Of a DNA stretch of 64,000 nt, positions 22,484 to 34,988 are shown piece by piece. The notes beneath the pieces were generated by a model. It searched no databases. It was not told where the DNA came from and was given only the letters and a program-made list of their open reading frames with translations. The position numbers and the translations under genes are program-made. Source of the DNA: Squalus acanthias (lineage: Eukaryota); assembly GCA_030390025.1 (NCBI GenBank), contig CM059433.1, positions 16,432,001-16,496,000 on the forward strand. The letters run 5' to 3'. Numbering within the stretch: position 1 is the stretch's first letter; the number at the start of each line of letters is the position of its first letter.

Positions 22484-22714
22484 TCATGATGCGGAGATGC
22501 CGGTGTTGGACTGGGGTGGACAAAATTGAGAGGTCGCACAACACCAGGTTATAGTCCAACAGTTTTATTTGAAATCACAAGCTTTCGGAGCTATCGATTG
22601 CCCCTTCCTCAGGTGAAGTCTTCACCTGAGGAAGGGGCAATCGATAGCTCCGAAAGCTTGTGATTTCAAATAAAACTGTTGGACTATAACCTGGTGTTGT
22701 GCGACCTCTCAATT
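22484..22714. mobile_element. Penelope-like insertion (family B) with a perfect 191-bp palindrome
   Basis: TSD (T)CTATTTATGAAG at 22471-83 and 22714-26 inside CR1; arms 22524-22618 and 22620-22714 are exact reverse complements. Confidence 0.85.
22622..22663 (+). ncRNA. Minimal type I hammerhead ribozyme motif (mirror copy on the minus strand at 22575-22616)
   Basis: TCAC-CTGAGGA-A-GGGGC-AATCGATA-GCTCC-GAA-AGCT-T-GTGA: CUGAnGA core, stem II, GAAA, palindromic AGCU stem III, UH site, stem I TCAC/GTGA. Confidence 0.65.
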
Positions 22715-23779
22715 CTATTTATGAAGCCCAGGATCCCATAAACCTTTTTAACTGTTTTCTCAACCTGCCCCGCCACCTTCAATAATTTGTGTACACAAAC
22801 CCCCAGGTCTCTCTGTTCGTGACCCCCTTCAGGATTGTACCATTTAGTTTATAGGCCCTCTCCTCATTCTTTCTACCAAAATGTATCACTTCACACTTTT
22901 CTGCATTAAATTTCATCTGCCACGTGTCCGCCCATTTCACCAGCCTGCCTATGTCTTCCTGAAGTCTATTACTATCCTCCTCACTGTTCACTATACTTCC
23001 AAGTTTAGTGTCATCTGCAAATTTTGAAATTGTGCCCTGTACACCCACATCCAAGTCATTAATATATATCAAGAAAAGCAGTGGTCCTGGAACCAACCCC
23101 TGGGGAACACCACTGTATACCTTCCTCCAGTCCGAAAAACAACCGTTCACCACTACTCTCTGTTTCCTATCACTTAGCCAATTGGGACTAATTTAACATT
23201 TATGAGCAATTCCAGACAAGTGTGTAGCCCCCCCCCCCCCCCCCCCCTCCACCCCCCCCCCCCCCACCCACCCCGCAGTTTCACTGGGGCTGTGCGCCAA
23301 CAGGATCAGGTAACGTTGTGTTGGAAAGAAGTTGATTCTTCTAGCTACCACACTGTGTTAAGTTGCCCCCTCCCTTTATAAAGGATCCTTCAGGCACTCA
23401 CTCTCCACCCGTGCCCCCCTGCACCGTCCCCACGCCGCATCTTGTGGCCTCTCCCCTCTGGCAGGCCCCCAAGATGCACCTTTACTGGGGTGCAGGCACC
23501 TACAACATTATTTAAATTAATTGGCCCCTCCTCACGTTGCATACTGTGGCGGACTCGTGCTCGAGGTCACCGGCGAGTGGTCTATGGTACTAAAGCCGGG
23601 ACCCAAGGCCCCCACAGCAGACTATATGCTTCCAAAAGTTGTTTTTTAACAGGCGCCCATTTCCGTCCATTTTTGAAATGCAGACACTTCCTACATATAT
23701 TCATATGGACACCATTTTTACCATCTTCCCCTAGAAATGCACAGCAGGTTGATCAGCATCTGAAAGAGAAAGGCAGTTA

Positions 23780-24654
23780 GGGGGAGAAATTCGGTATCGC
23801 CCCGTTAGCGGCCAATTATCGGCCGGGCGCAAAGTTTAGCACCTGGCGCTAATTATCACCTCCGACTGCAAACTTGGCTTCTATCGCCCCTGGAGGTGAT
23901 TGGAGCGCTAAATCAGGCGCTACACACCTCTCTTAAGGCGCTAGCGCCGAGGAGCGTGGCACTACCACAGAGCGCTGGCGAAGCTCATGTGATGTCAGTC
24001 AGCAATGGAACACAGACACAATGGCGCCGGCCAGTTCTTAAAGGGGAGGGTCGATCTTGCTCTCCATCCACACCCTGCTCATTGCAGCCTTGAATCTCGG
24101 CCTGGAGAGACCTCTACATCAAATTTGCTGGAAAGAACAATGGAGAGGCCCAGGGAAAGGGCTCAGAGTGCAGCCCCCACAGTCTCTTCTAAATCGATGG
24201 AAGGAAGAGCAAATCAAAATGAACCTGCAAAGTGCAGCTCAGTGCCCAAAACTCCTTCACACAGCGTTGAATAGCTCCAGAAGTCTCTCTCTTTCTCTCA
24301 GAATGCGTGGTGCAAAAATGTCGCCGACCAAAAAAGGCAGGAAGCGGTCGCCTTTAAATAGCGCTCCCCCAGTTTCTTCCCGACTGCAAAACGCTCCCCT
24401 CAACCTGTCATTGCTAGCGGCAGACGGTAAGGCAGGGGGCGCCACTCAATATCCAGTCCGGGACGCTACCGGGGCGTTGCACGCACGACTGACGTCACAA
24501 TCTGCGGGCACAGGAGATCGTGGTGGTAGTGTTTAGCGCCGCCGCAAAATGTCTGGTCAATTTCGCAAGTGGCGCAAACATCGCCGCGCCCTGGGCGCTA
24601 GTTGCTTTGTGCCCCGTTAGCGCCCTGAGGCGCAAAGCAACCGAATTTTTCCCC
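23780..24654. mobile_element. Harbinger MITE (main family, B-type ends)
   Basis: TIR GGGGGAGAAATTCGG / CCGAATTTTTCCCC; flanks TTA/ATA; colinear with 91-879. Confidence 0.92.
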
Positions 24655-25272
24655 ATAATGTTTTGCCCTTACCTTTCACCAGAACATTCATCATCTGTTC
24701 TGATGAAGGATCCCAGGGGAACATTACCCAATCTTTCTCCTTCAGAGGCAGACTGACCTACTGTGTACTTCCAGCATTTACTATTTCATTTTAGGTTTCC
24801 AGCACTTGTGGTTTTTCATTATACAGTACCTAAAAAGATCTTCTTGGACATGATCTAGAAAGAAATGACTGACTTCTTTGAGTGATTTGTGAGTAATTAC
24901 ACTTGCGACACTCATGAGATACATTCCTTATTAAAGAAACCTTCCATTTACTCCACCATGTGTTAAGTACACCTTTCTATGAAGTTACAATATTGCTTTA
25001 AATTATATAGTAACCTGAATCAATGATTATTGGAAATTTTGATATCTTTTAAGTTTTAAATAGCAGTACTCTTGGTAAGGTAATGCCACCTAGTGGTGCA
25101 TCTCATTTGAAAATGATAATAGCAGATAATTCTAGTTACATGACACTCAGCATCGTAAATGCATTGAAAAAAATGTATTTACGATGTCACAACACATAGC
25201 GATGAGAGCAATTCTTTCCCTGCAAGATGGAGGAAACGTTTCAAAGTTTATTTACTTTTAAATTAAAAGGGA

Positions 25273-25460
25273 CTGTTCCTTCATCGTCGCTGGGTCAAAA
25301 TCCTGGAACCCCCTACCTAGCAACACTGTTGGGAGTACCTTCACCGCACGGACTGCAGCGGTTCAAGAAGGCAGCTCACCCCCACCTTCTCAAGGGAATT
25401 AGGGATGGGCAATAAATGCCGGTCTTGCCAGCGACGCCCACATCCATGAATGAATAAATT
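25273..25460 (+). mobile_element. LINE 3' terminus (probably family X)
   Basis: GTCAAAATCCTGGAAC...GCAGCGGTTCAAGAAGGCAGCTCAC...AATAAATGCCGG...CACATCCATGAATGAATAAA. Confidence 0.7.
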
Positions 25461-25834
25461 AAAAACATTTTTTTTAATTACTACTTCATATGCCACCCTG
25501 ATTTATCATTGCATCAAGGAAAACTGATGAATTGCATGCGGTATTCCAAAAGTAGGTTGAATTTCTAATACACGTTTCAGTATTTCGCACATGACTCGCA
25601 GCTTGCGGCAGCTCAGCTCTGGAAGACAGTGGGGCAAAACGTCAGCACGGGGGTTCTTCTGATCCCCCACCGTAACATTGGCCAAAATCCACAATGGCGT
25701 AAACAGCTGCTTACGCCGTTTCTACGGTTACGTGGGAGATTGAGAAAATGCCCCACAGAACTCTTACCCCAGTTTTCTTCAACACATTGTTTACCTTTTA
25801 ATACACAGAGACAAGCCAAGCTGCCTCTGACAAC

Positions 25835-26602
25835 CATAGGAAGGAACATAGGAACAGGAGCAGGCCATTCAGACCCTCAAGCCTGTTCCACCATTCAATT
25901 AGACCATGGCTGATCTGTGTCTTAACTCCATCTACCCGCCTTGGTTACATAACCCTCAATACCCTTGCCCAACAAAAATCTATGAATCTTAATTTTGAAA
26001 TTTGGAATTGATCCTAGCCTCAACAGCTTTTTGGGGGCGTGTGTTCCAGATTTCCACTACCCTTTGTGTGAAGAAGTGCTTCCTGACATCACCCCTGAAC
26101 GGCCTGGCTCTAATTTTAAGGTTTTGCCCCCTTGTTCTGGACTCCCCCCACCAGAGGAAATAGTTTCTCTCTATCTACCCTATCAACTCCTTTAATCATC
26201 TTAAACACTGCAATTAGATCTCTCCTTAATCTTCTATACTCAAGGGAATACAAGCCCAGTCTATGCAACCTGTCCTCATAATTTAACCCTTTTAGCCCTG
26301 GTATCATTCTGATGACCCTGCGCTGCACCCCCTCCAAGGCCAATATATCCTTCCTGAGGGGCGGGGCCCAGAACGAACACAGTGCTTTAAAGTGGCTCTA
26401 ACTAAAACTTTATATAACTGTAACATAACTTCGACCGCTTTGTATTCCAGTCCCCTTGAGATAAAGGCCAACATCCCATTAGCCTTTTTAATTGTTTTTT
26501 GTTCCTGTCCACTAGCTTTTCGTGATTTCTGTGCTTGGACCCCTAAATCTCAGTGCGCCTCCACAGTTCCTAGCTTCGTGCCATTTAGAAAATATTTTGA
26601 TC
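25835..26602 (-). mobile_element. CR1 LINE 3' fragment
   Basis: ALEGVQRRVIRMIPGLKGLNYEDRLHRLGLYSLEYRRLRRDLI; tail CATAGGAAGGAACATAGGAACAGGAG. Confidence 0.9.
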
Positions 26603-27356
26603 TATTAATCCTGGATAACGTTTCTGCCAAAAAAACAGGCACAGAACTTTTTTAAGCAGTGGATCATGGAAAGCAAAAAAATACTATCCGCTGGGATTAC
26701 TAGTGCAGTAGGAATGCTGCCAATGCAATATCAGAGACCCAAAAAATCCTTTCATGAGATCAGGACGTCCCAAAGCACTTTACAGCCAATGAAGTACTTT
26801 TGAAGTCACTGTTGTAATGTAGGAATAGAATTCAGAATACATATCATTTCAAAATAGAAAAATATTAATGCTATGCAAAACTGCTGCATAACTACCTTAT
26901 GAAAATTACAGTGTCTAGAAGTGCAGCAGCTACTAAATTCTAATTATGAATTAGCAAAATACTGCGGATGCTGGAAACCTGAAATAACAACAGAAAATGC
27001 TGGAAACACTCAGCAGATCAGGCAGCATCCGTGCAGAGAGAAACAGAGTCAACGTTTCAGGTCTGTGACACAGATCTGAAACGTTGGCCTCGATTTTAAT
27101 GGAGGAGGCGGGATGGAGTCAGGTTGCCTGGTGGGCGGGTTTCGGACCCGCTGCCGGTTTGAGCCACTCCCGATGTCCCATTTTGGTTTAATTGAACCAA
27201 TTAGTCCCGTTGTGCGCCCTGCCTGCTGCAATGACTGGGAGCGGGTCTGTTGGTCTGCATTGATGAGGTCATTGCTGCACTTGTTTTTAAGGGCTCCATG
27301 TAGCCTCAGCCTCTCATTTATCGTTGCTTCTGCAGCTTGAATGGGCTAAGGTGACC

Positions 27357-29247
27357 ATGAGTGCTGCCAAAGCCAAGGCTGCTCCCCGATTCACTGAGGA
27401 CTCCCTGCAAGCTCTTGTGGAGGGAGTAAGAGGGCGCAGGGAGATTCTGTTCTCTCCCGATAGCCGGAGGAAGCCTCCTCAGCAGACAAAGGCAGCCTGG
27501 CTGCAGATTGCTGAGGAGGTCAGCGCAAGGTCGCTATGTGCACGCACCTGGGTCCAGTGCCGAAAACGCTTCAATGATCTTCTGCGAACATCAAAAGTGA
27601 GTATCACATCACACTTACCTTCAAACTGCTTCCCTTCTCGTCTCATCACCAGCACTCTTCATTGTCAGCCTGCTCCTCCACATCCCATCTTACCCTTACT
27701 TCCCATATACCCTTACCTCTCTATCTCTCGCTCTCTGTACTGAATCACTTCACCATTCTACTATGCAGCCCTCACACTCGCTCTCACCGTTATGCAATGA
27801 CAGCAACTAACAACGCACATGGAGGCAGCTTCCTCTTGCTACCTCACTCCATCTTGGTCTCCCTCTAAGCTTCTAGGTTTTGGATTCTTCACACTCACTC
27901 CATCACTCTCGCTGAAACTCCGCTTGTGTCCCGCCTTGCAGGAAAAGCTAGCCTACAATAAGAGGGAGAGAGCAAAGACAGGAGGAGGCCCACCATCCCT
28001 GGCCACATTAACAAACGCTGAGGAGGCTGCTCGCGACATCATGGGAGGTGACGACGGTCGCACTGGAGCAAGCTGGTGACAGAATGCATTTTCATCCCTC
28101 GCATTTACAATTCATGATTGACTGCAATGGCATATGATGCTCATAGAGATTGACTTCTGATCATCTGCACAAAAGGATGTGTCTGCTACCTGAAAATCTG
28201 ATGTCTAACTCATGCCTTTGCTCTCCCACAGGACCATCGAGAGCCCCCCTCCCCACTGTCCAGGAGGAAGAGCCAGACGAATCCTCAGAGGAACCTGGAG
28301 CCTCTGAGGGAGCAGCGTCACCAGGACTCAGCGCACCCAGCACCAGTGCACAAACGCACACCTCGGTGGGTCCTTTGCGACATAGAGTAGTGTTGTCACC
28401 TGGTGTATCACAGCTCACAAGTGAGCATCAGCAGATGGTGGAGACAGCGACAGCAGTGGAGAGTCCTCGTCGGAGGTCGCAGGACGCTCCTAGCTCTGCT
28501 CAGCTGCATCTAGACGCTGTGCCTCTGGGGCCATCCAGAAAGAGAGCGGTGCTGGAACTCCAGGAACAAGTGCAGGAGTCTCTGACAGGGTTTGCATCCA
28601 GGGTAACTGCGAGTGTGCAGAGAATGGAGGAGTCCATCTCTAACATGAGCACTGCCTTTGTGGAGGCAATGGCACATGAAAGTTCCGCCATGGAGAGGGT
28701 GGCAACCGTCATGGAGGACATAAGTCGCCAGACTAACGAAAACATGGTGACTCTTCAAAATAGATTGTCTGTTATGGAGGAGAGATGGGCATCTATTGAG
28801 GAGAGATACCAGAGCTTCATGGACGTCCTTGTTATGAGGAAAATCAGCACAGAAATGGGTCCTCATGGCCCCACTGATGTGCAGCAAAGTGCTCTCCAGC
28901 CACTTGCTAGCAGTGAAGTGCAGCTGACCCATGAGAGGGATGTTGGTGGCAGGCAACAAGGAAGAGTGGGCTCCTTTCCAAGTACTCACACGACTATGCC
29001 ACTGCGGAGCCCTCGGTCAGAACCCCACATTCCACACCAAACTGAGATGGCCATTTCATCCCCGGCACAGCCGCAGGAGAAGCAGACTGTGGAGGAGCCC
29101 TCCCAGGCTCCCAAACCCAGAGGACGTCCGCCAAAGGCGTCTAAGCAGGCGCAGCATCAAAGTCAGCAAGGTGCCTCTACATCTGCTGAAGCCACAGGGG
29201 AAGCACCACGTAGAAGCACGCGTAAGAGAAAGTTAACACACAAATAG
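27357..29247 (+). CDS. Harbinger Myb/SANT partner protein with a C-terminal AT-hook (exon 2 3' boundary uncertain; may be damaged)
   Basis: Exon 1 27357-27596 (PRFTEDSLQALVEGV...WLQIAEEV...RTWVQCRKRFNDL, then GTGAGT); exon 2 from 27942 (EKLAYNKRERAKTGGG); exon 3 28232-29247 open, with coiled-coil-like segment, PKPRGRPPK and RRSTRKRK. Confidence 0.7.
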
Positions 29248-29565
29248 TCACAAGAGTAGTCACTTGAGTGTTTTATTGTGCTGTAAGAGTAGTCACTTGA
29301 GTGTTTTATTGTGCTGTAAAGTATCGAGTGTCCTCCTTTTGTGATGTCTTTAAACAAAAGTGATGGCAAAGAGTTGAGGTTCTGGTCTATGTGTTCTGAG
29401 AAATGGAAGTTACACAGTGAGAGCTCAGGGCTAATTCCATTTATAATGATGGTGGTGACAGTGATTGGAAAGCACTGTTTATTAGACAGATGATGTATGG
29501 TGTGTTAAGAATCTCGACCTTATATTCTTCTCCATCTGTCAGCCACCTGTATTTGAAGCATAAGC

Positions 29566-30520
29566 TTACGCGAATCTGGCATGGATGAGTGCATGCCTTG
29601 CCTGACGGCCAGCAATGTGGTTGCGTGCTGCTGCATTGGCCATATCCAGACCCGCAAGACATAGCTCTTCATCCTCCTCGTCCTCCTCCTCTTCTTCCGA
29701 GGAGTGTGAGCGCTGAGCCACTTGTTCTTCCGGCAGCACTAGGCCACGCTGCTGTGCGATGTTGTGCAGGGCACAGCAGACCACGATGATTCTGGAGATC
29801 CTGGCTGGTGCATACTGCAGGGCTCCACCAGATCTGTCCAGGCATCGGAATCGCATTTTGAGCAAGCCGATGGTTTGCTCTGTGATGCTTCTGGTGGAAA
29901 TGTGGTTCACATTGTACCGCTCCTCAGCCTCGTTTGATGCCCTCCTCATCAGTGTCATAAGCCACTTTTTCAGGGGATAACCCTTGTCGCCAAGTAGCCA
30001 TCCGGAAAGTTGGGTTGGCGGATTGAGGCACAGTAGACTGCTGCAGGATGAAGGAGTCATGGCAACTGCCAGGGTACTTTGCGCAAACATGCATTATGAT
30101 CTTCCTGTGGTTACACACCAGCTGGACGCTCAGGGAGTGAAATCCCTTGTGGTTAACAAATACAGCTGGGTTGTAATAGGGGGCCCTAATGACTACATGT
30201 GTGCAGTCAATGACGCCCTGCACCATTGGCAAGCCTGCCATATTTGCAAAGCCAACTGCACAAGCGGTCACACTTGGGCCATCCAAAGAGAAGTGGATGT
30301 AATTGTGCGACTTTGCAAAGAGGGCATCGGTGACCTGCGTGATGTAGGTGTGTGCGGCCGACTGGGAGATGCCGCTGATGTCTGCAGCTGATCCCTGGAA
30401 GGAGCCCGAAGCAAAGAAGTTTATTGCGGTGGTGACTTTGACAGACACTGGTAAGGAGTGTCCACACGTTCCTCTGGGCTCCAGGTGTTGGTGCAGAATT
30501 GTGCAGATGTCAGTTTTTCT
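29566..30520 (-). pseudogene. Harbinger transposase pseudogene (5'-deleted, frameshift near 30020)
   Basis: FFASGSFQ, GVIDCTHV and GSCHD in one frame; [18 protein letters not shown] and CCALHN in another. Confidence 0.9.
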
Positions 30521-30683
30521 GATTTTCGCTGCCAACCCGCCTCCAAACTCGCCCCCTCAGCTGAATTAAATTTGCGGCCTTTAACTCTGTTCCTCTCTCC
30601 ACAGATGCTGCCTGACCTGCTGAGTGTTTCCAGCATTTTCTGTTGTTATTTCTAATTATTAAATGCATCTTTTTAAGAGTCCT

Positions 30684-31300
30684 GGGGGAAAAATTGGGTT
30701 GATTTGCACCTCTAGGGCGCTAACGGGATGCAAATCCCCTAGTGCCCGGGCGCGGCGCTGCTAACACCTCCCGCGAAATTCAGTGGGAGGTTAGCGGCGG
30801 CAGTGGCCAGTAGCGCCCCGCTCACGCCCCGGTCGCAACCTTGGGTAGCGCCCCCTGACCTATCACTGGCCAATATGTCCGACAAGATCAGGGTGGCGTT
30901 TTTGCAGCTGCGGTGGCGCTACTTAAAGGGCAGGTGTCGGCGGCCATTTTTTTTGGCCAACTGCTAGCACCTGCACCCTTCCCCTTTTTTCTTCGGGGTG
31001 CCGGCCGCGATCGCTCAGCCCGGCACTCCTCTTGAGTGCCGGGCTGTTTTCCCGGCACCCTGCTCCCCGGTGGTCCAGCAGGGCCCTGGTGCGCACAGCG
31101 CTAGGCCCCTCCCCTTTAATCAGGGGAGGGAGGCCTGCAATACCGCGGTGCTGTGTGCCGATGCGCGTGGTGCTGTTGCACGTAGCGCCGTGAAATTCAC
31201 CGGTAGCGCCCCAAGAAGGAGGGGGAGCGCTTCCAGTAGCACCCCGCCTCCTGCTTGGGGCTCTACCACTGAATTTACGGCGCGGGGGCGCTCACCTCAG
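30684..31300. mobile_element. Harbinger-type MITE fragment, right end not resolved
   Basis: Left TIR GGGGGAAAAATTGG; repeated TAGCGCC/GGCGCTA subterminal motifs. Confidence 0.55.
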
Positions 31301-32060
31301 CCAAGGGTACACTTTCAATATTTTTAAAGTTAATACTGGGGCTGTGCCAACTATTTTGGTAAAAGTATTTCATCAGACTATCCTTTCAAACCTTTTATTT
31401 AATTAAAGCCAACACGGAGATATTGCCACGGCAATGCTAAAAAGAAATGTGTTTAATGACAAGCTGACATTGGATGCAACAGGCCTCAGCTTGTTCTGAT
31501 TCTACTGTTCAGCCAAATCATATGTGAGTTGTTCAGCCAACAAACTGCAAACTCAAAACACATGTGGCTGTTTGTTTTATTATTTGAACCATGTCAGTGG
31601 ACTGAGCTGATTTGGATTCAGTGTGGATGCAGTTAGACACAAGGGTATCTGCCGTTAGTAAACAATCGGTGTGGTTGCGAAGCTTAGCGACCGCCACAAA
31701 ACTTATGAACAAATCTCCAAGAATATAGCTTTTCAAAGCATAATTTTTGATGAGTGACCTTTTTCTTAAACTTTTAAATACACATCCACTTAAGTAAAGA
31801 CTAGTTACAGGGCACTAATTCACTGAGGGGGGGGGAAGCATCTTTGTGGAAAAGTGTTTAGGTAAACCTTTTCTTCCTTGGGGAGGGAGGTGAATAACCA
31901 CAGGTAAAATTTCCAAAATAAAATATTGACATTTTTCTCTGAAAATTGATGGTAACCGAACAAAATCCTTCGGATCAATTTAACATTAAAGTCGATTTTA
32001 TCCAAACCTGACCAATTGAATATTAAAGACAACATTCCGATGGCACAATAGCACTGCAAC

Positions 32061-32280
32061 CAGAGAATGCTGGAAATGCTCAGCAGGTCAGGCAGCATCT
32101 GTGGAAAGAGAAACAGAGTTAACGTTACAGGTCGATGAGCTTTCTGGAAAATTTTCAGGTCACCGACCTGAAACATTAATTCTGTTTCTCTCTCCACAGA
32201 TGCTGCCTGACCTGCTGAGTATTTCCAGCATTTTTCTGTTTTTATTTCAGATTTCCAGCATCCGCAGTATATTGCTTTTG
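32061..32280. mobile_element. Penelope-like family A inverted insertion
   Basis: TSD TAGCACTG(C/A)AAC at 32049-60 and 32281-92; inverted arms; only stem II plus GAAA of the hammerhead remain. Confidence 0.75.
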
Positions 32281-34251
32281 TAGCACTGAAACTATACTGT
32301 TGCGTAGTTTTTGACCATGCATGTCTCTCCCTCTCTTTCTAAACTTCAATTCTGTTCTTAACCATAGGTTCATCTAGCTCCTGTTGTTTTAAAGGAATTA
32401 ATTAATGCAGCATTAACTGCTTATAGTGGAACTTTGTTGCCACATACACATTGCTCTTTAATGGAAATTAAAAAAAAAAATTCTGTTCTTGATTGAGCCT
32501 TTCCACTGTTATACTCTTATCCTCTAGTTCCATGACCATAGTTCATGTTTAAATAACGTGTATTCCCATGCCTTTCACCCTAATAAAGACCTGAAGCTAG
32601 TCTTTTTGCTAATGATAACCAATTCAATCTTGTGTCTCAAAATCTCCTGATCTCCCTTCTCTGAACTGTGCAGATGCTTCATTGACCTGGAGGCCATTAA
32701 AGGCACCAGCACAGTTGTGAGAGGTGATTGACACCAGCAGGGCTAAACTCTTCTAACACATGTCACTCAGATTGGTCCCCAGAGGTGAGGAGGGTTCTTT
32801 GGAAATTATGTATATATAAAGTGATGTTTATGACAGGAAGGTTCAGTCCTCAGTCTTTAGTCCTTAGTTTCATTCTCGTTCTTTTAGTAGCTCTTGTAGT
32901 ATAGGTGCAGGAGTTCTTTGTTTAATATATGTAGAAGCATATCTCCGTATAATCGAAAATGCATCTCTAACAGAGAGCGAGAAAGGTTACAGAAGTTAAG
33001 ATTGTACAGCTATACCAGCCCGATGCAGGCAGATATAAATGTGTCACTTAGATCTACAAGTTTCCCTGAGATCGAGGGAGGTGAGATTTAGGTCAGCTAG
33101 TCCAGGTACAGCTGCCAGCGTCAAAGGTGATGCCGCCATGTGGATGGTGGCGATAGGCCCCAGGAAGCAGCTGTAAAGTCCCGGAATTCCCCCAATGGAG
33201 GGAGGAGTTGTTCTTGTAGAGGCCTCCAGTTGGCCCCAGAGATGTACCTGCTGAAGGCTTCAGTCTTGGTTGGGGCCTTCAATGGCGGCCTTCATTCAAT
33301 TTTCCAGGGTGATTCGGCCCCTTTAAGGCCCCTTGCTGCCTCTTCTGGTGCTGCAGTGGCATCCCGCTGCAATACTGCCAGGATTCTCCGCCTTTACACT
33401 GGTGGGCTTCCTCTTGATGGCAGGAATTCCACTGGGAGCCCATTGTGTATATATAATGAGTCCCAACCCAGAAAAATGGAAGGGTGGTCAGAAGTTCAAC
33501 CCTGCCAGAACTCTGCCCTGAAGAGTTCAATTCCCCCCTCACCTCCCCCACAAAGAAGCCAGATGATGAGGTATTGAAGATGGAGCATGATGTACCAGAG
33601 TGGAGGTTTAGAAGATATCAGATCCTGGCTGGTGAGCTTTCAGTCAATGCCTTGAAAATACTAAAGTTTGCAGAGCATCAGAACTATCTGAAGGCACTGC
33701 AAAGCCTCTCCAAAGATGCGCAGCAGATGCCATGGTTGGGGGCAGAGACCAATCCCATCCTTTTCAGTACTATCAGAGAGAGCTTATCTACAGAACAGAG
33801 CACCATGGAGCAAGTTGGAACTCCAAGAACTTCTGAACATGTCTCACAGAACACAGAGACCCCCCTGACACATAATTCCACGGATTTATTGAGGAATGAT
33901 CTTCTGGGACCATACATCCTGATGGCTGGTTATCTGTAGAAGGGTTTGGATCTCCAGGGGGGTGCTACTTTATAAGCCTGGATTCTCAGGTTGCTTGCTT
34001 CCACTACTCTTCCTCCAATAATTAAATGATAAAGATAAAGATGGGAATCGCCATGAGAAAAAACTTTTTGCAGCCAATCCCTCATTTAGGAAAGTTCCCC
34101 AAAGAAGAAACTGTCTTGAGGGAGTCTTCTAAAGTCTTCCAAATGAAGCCACAGGAGCCTCCAAACTAAAAAGCAAAATTTGACAAAGACCAATTGAAAG
34201 AAAAGAAACACAGCAATTCTCCTTTAAGATCCTGACATCTGACTCCGCTGC

Positions 34252-34624
34252 TGTTCTACGTTACCCTGTTTTATAGTTTCATAAGTTAGATCGGCAGTGT
34301 TAACTAGCTAGTTATAGAGTTCAATCAATAACAGTACGTTCACAAGCAAAGTTTCATTTATTCAAAGTTTCATTCCCTAAATAAGGTAAAGTACTTACAA
34401 AACAAGTGAATCTGGTTGGGAAATTAGATCTCTCGAGTTTACAGTTCTTGAGCTCAATCCTCCCGGGTCGAATCCAAATTCCCGTTACAATTCGTCACTT
34501 TTTATACCTTTCTGAGCTACAAGTCCTTTATCACAATATCCATATATAGCATCTTGTTCCTGTCTTGCTCGCATGTCACATATCTTCAGACAGCAGAGTA
34601 ATGACTAATGGGTAATCGACAACA
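34252..34624 (-). mobile_element. Probable solo LTR (373 bp)
   Basis: TGTT...AACA termini; flanks CTGC/CTTC; minus-strand TATAAAA (~34500-34506) upstream of AATAAA (~34357-62). Confidence 0.55.
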
Positions 34625-34988
34625 CTTCTATTGATTGACATGGGTGAAAATGACCTCATATTGAATCATTCTGCTTTTCTATACTTTCTCAGCCCTCTTA
34701 CCTCCCCTTTCCCAAGGTGGTTAGACCAGCTTCAACTAAGTATCATTGGGCTAGCATCGAACTGTGCCATGTATGGTTTCTCTCCTAGAGTCTCAGAGCC
34801 TCAAGGTATTTATTTCAAGTGAGCGTTCACTCTCTCTCTGTCTTTCTCTTTAGTGCTTTGGCAGGGAGAGAATCTTTCTGCCTGTGATGCACTGTGTTTC
34901 ACTATGTGCTGAAGTTTGTACTCTATATTTTAACCCTTCCTTACCCATGTCTTCTAACAGGCAGATCTTGGGGAATTTAGGATTTATG

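Larger units (their letters stand above)
21926..23180 (-). mobile_element. CR1 LINE RT C-terminal fragment
   Basis: [21 protein letters not shown]...[23 protein letters not shown]...NFLTQRVVKIWNALP. Confidence 0.93.
27086..30579. mobile_element. Harbinger transposon of a different family (3494 bp), non-autonomous
   Basis: TIR GGCCTCGATTTTAAT / ATTAAATTTGCGGCC (12/15); TSD GTT/TTT; Myb gene on +, truncated transposase on -. Confidence 0.9.
26952..30651. mobile_element. Penelope-like family A inverted insertion split by Harbinger 27086-30579
   Basis: 26952-27085 and 30583-30651 rejoin as ...GAAACGTT|AACTCTG...; approximate TSD TTCTAATTAT at 26938-47 and 30650-59. Confidence 0.75.

Noticed and set aside
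23228..23275. Poly-C tract
   Set aside because: Simple low-complexity sequence of unreliable length.
24695..24820. CTGATGA...hammerhead-like remnant
   Set aside because: Stem II and the GAAA core are disrupted; an old family A-like relic.
29252..29317. 33-bp tandem duplication containing a minus-strand AATAAA
   Set aside because: Real, but most simply a slippage event in a dead element.
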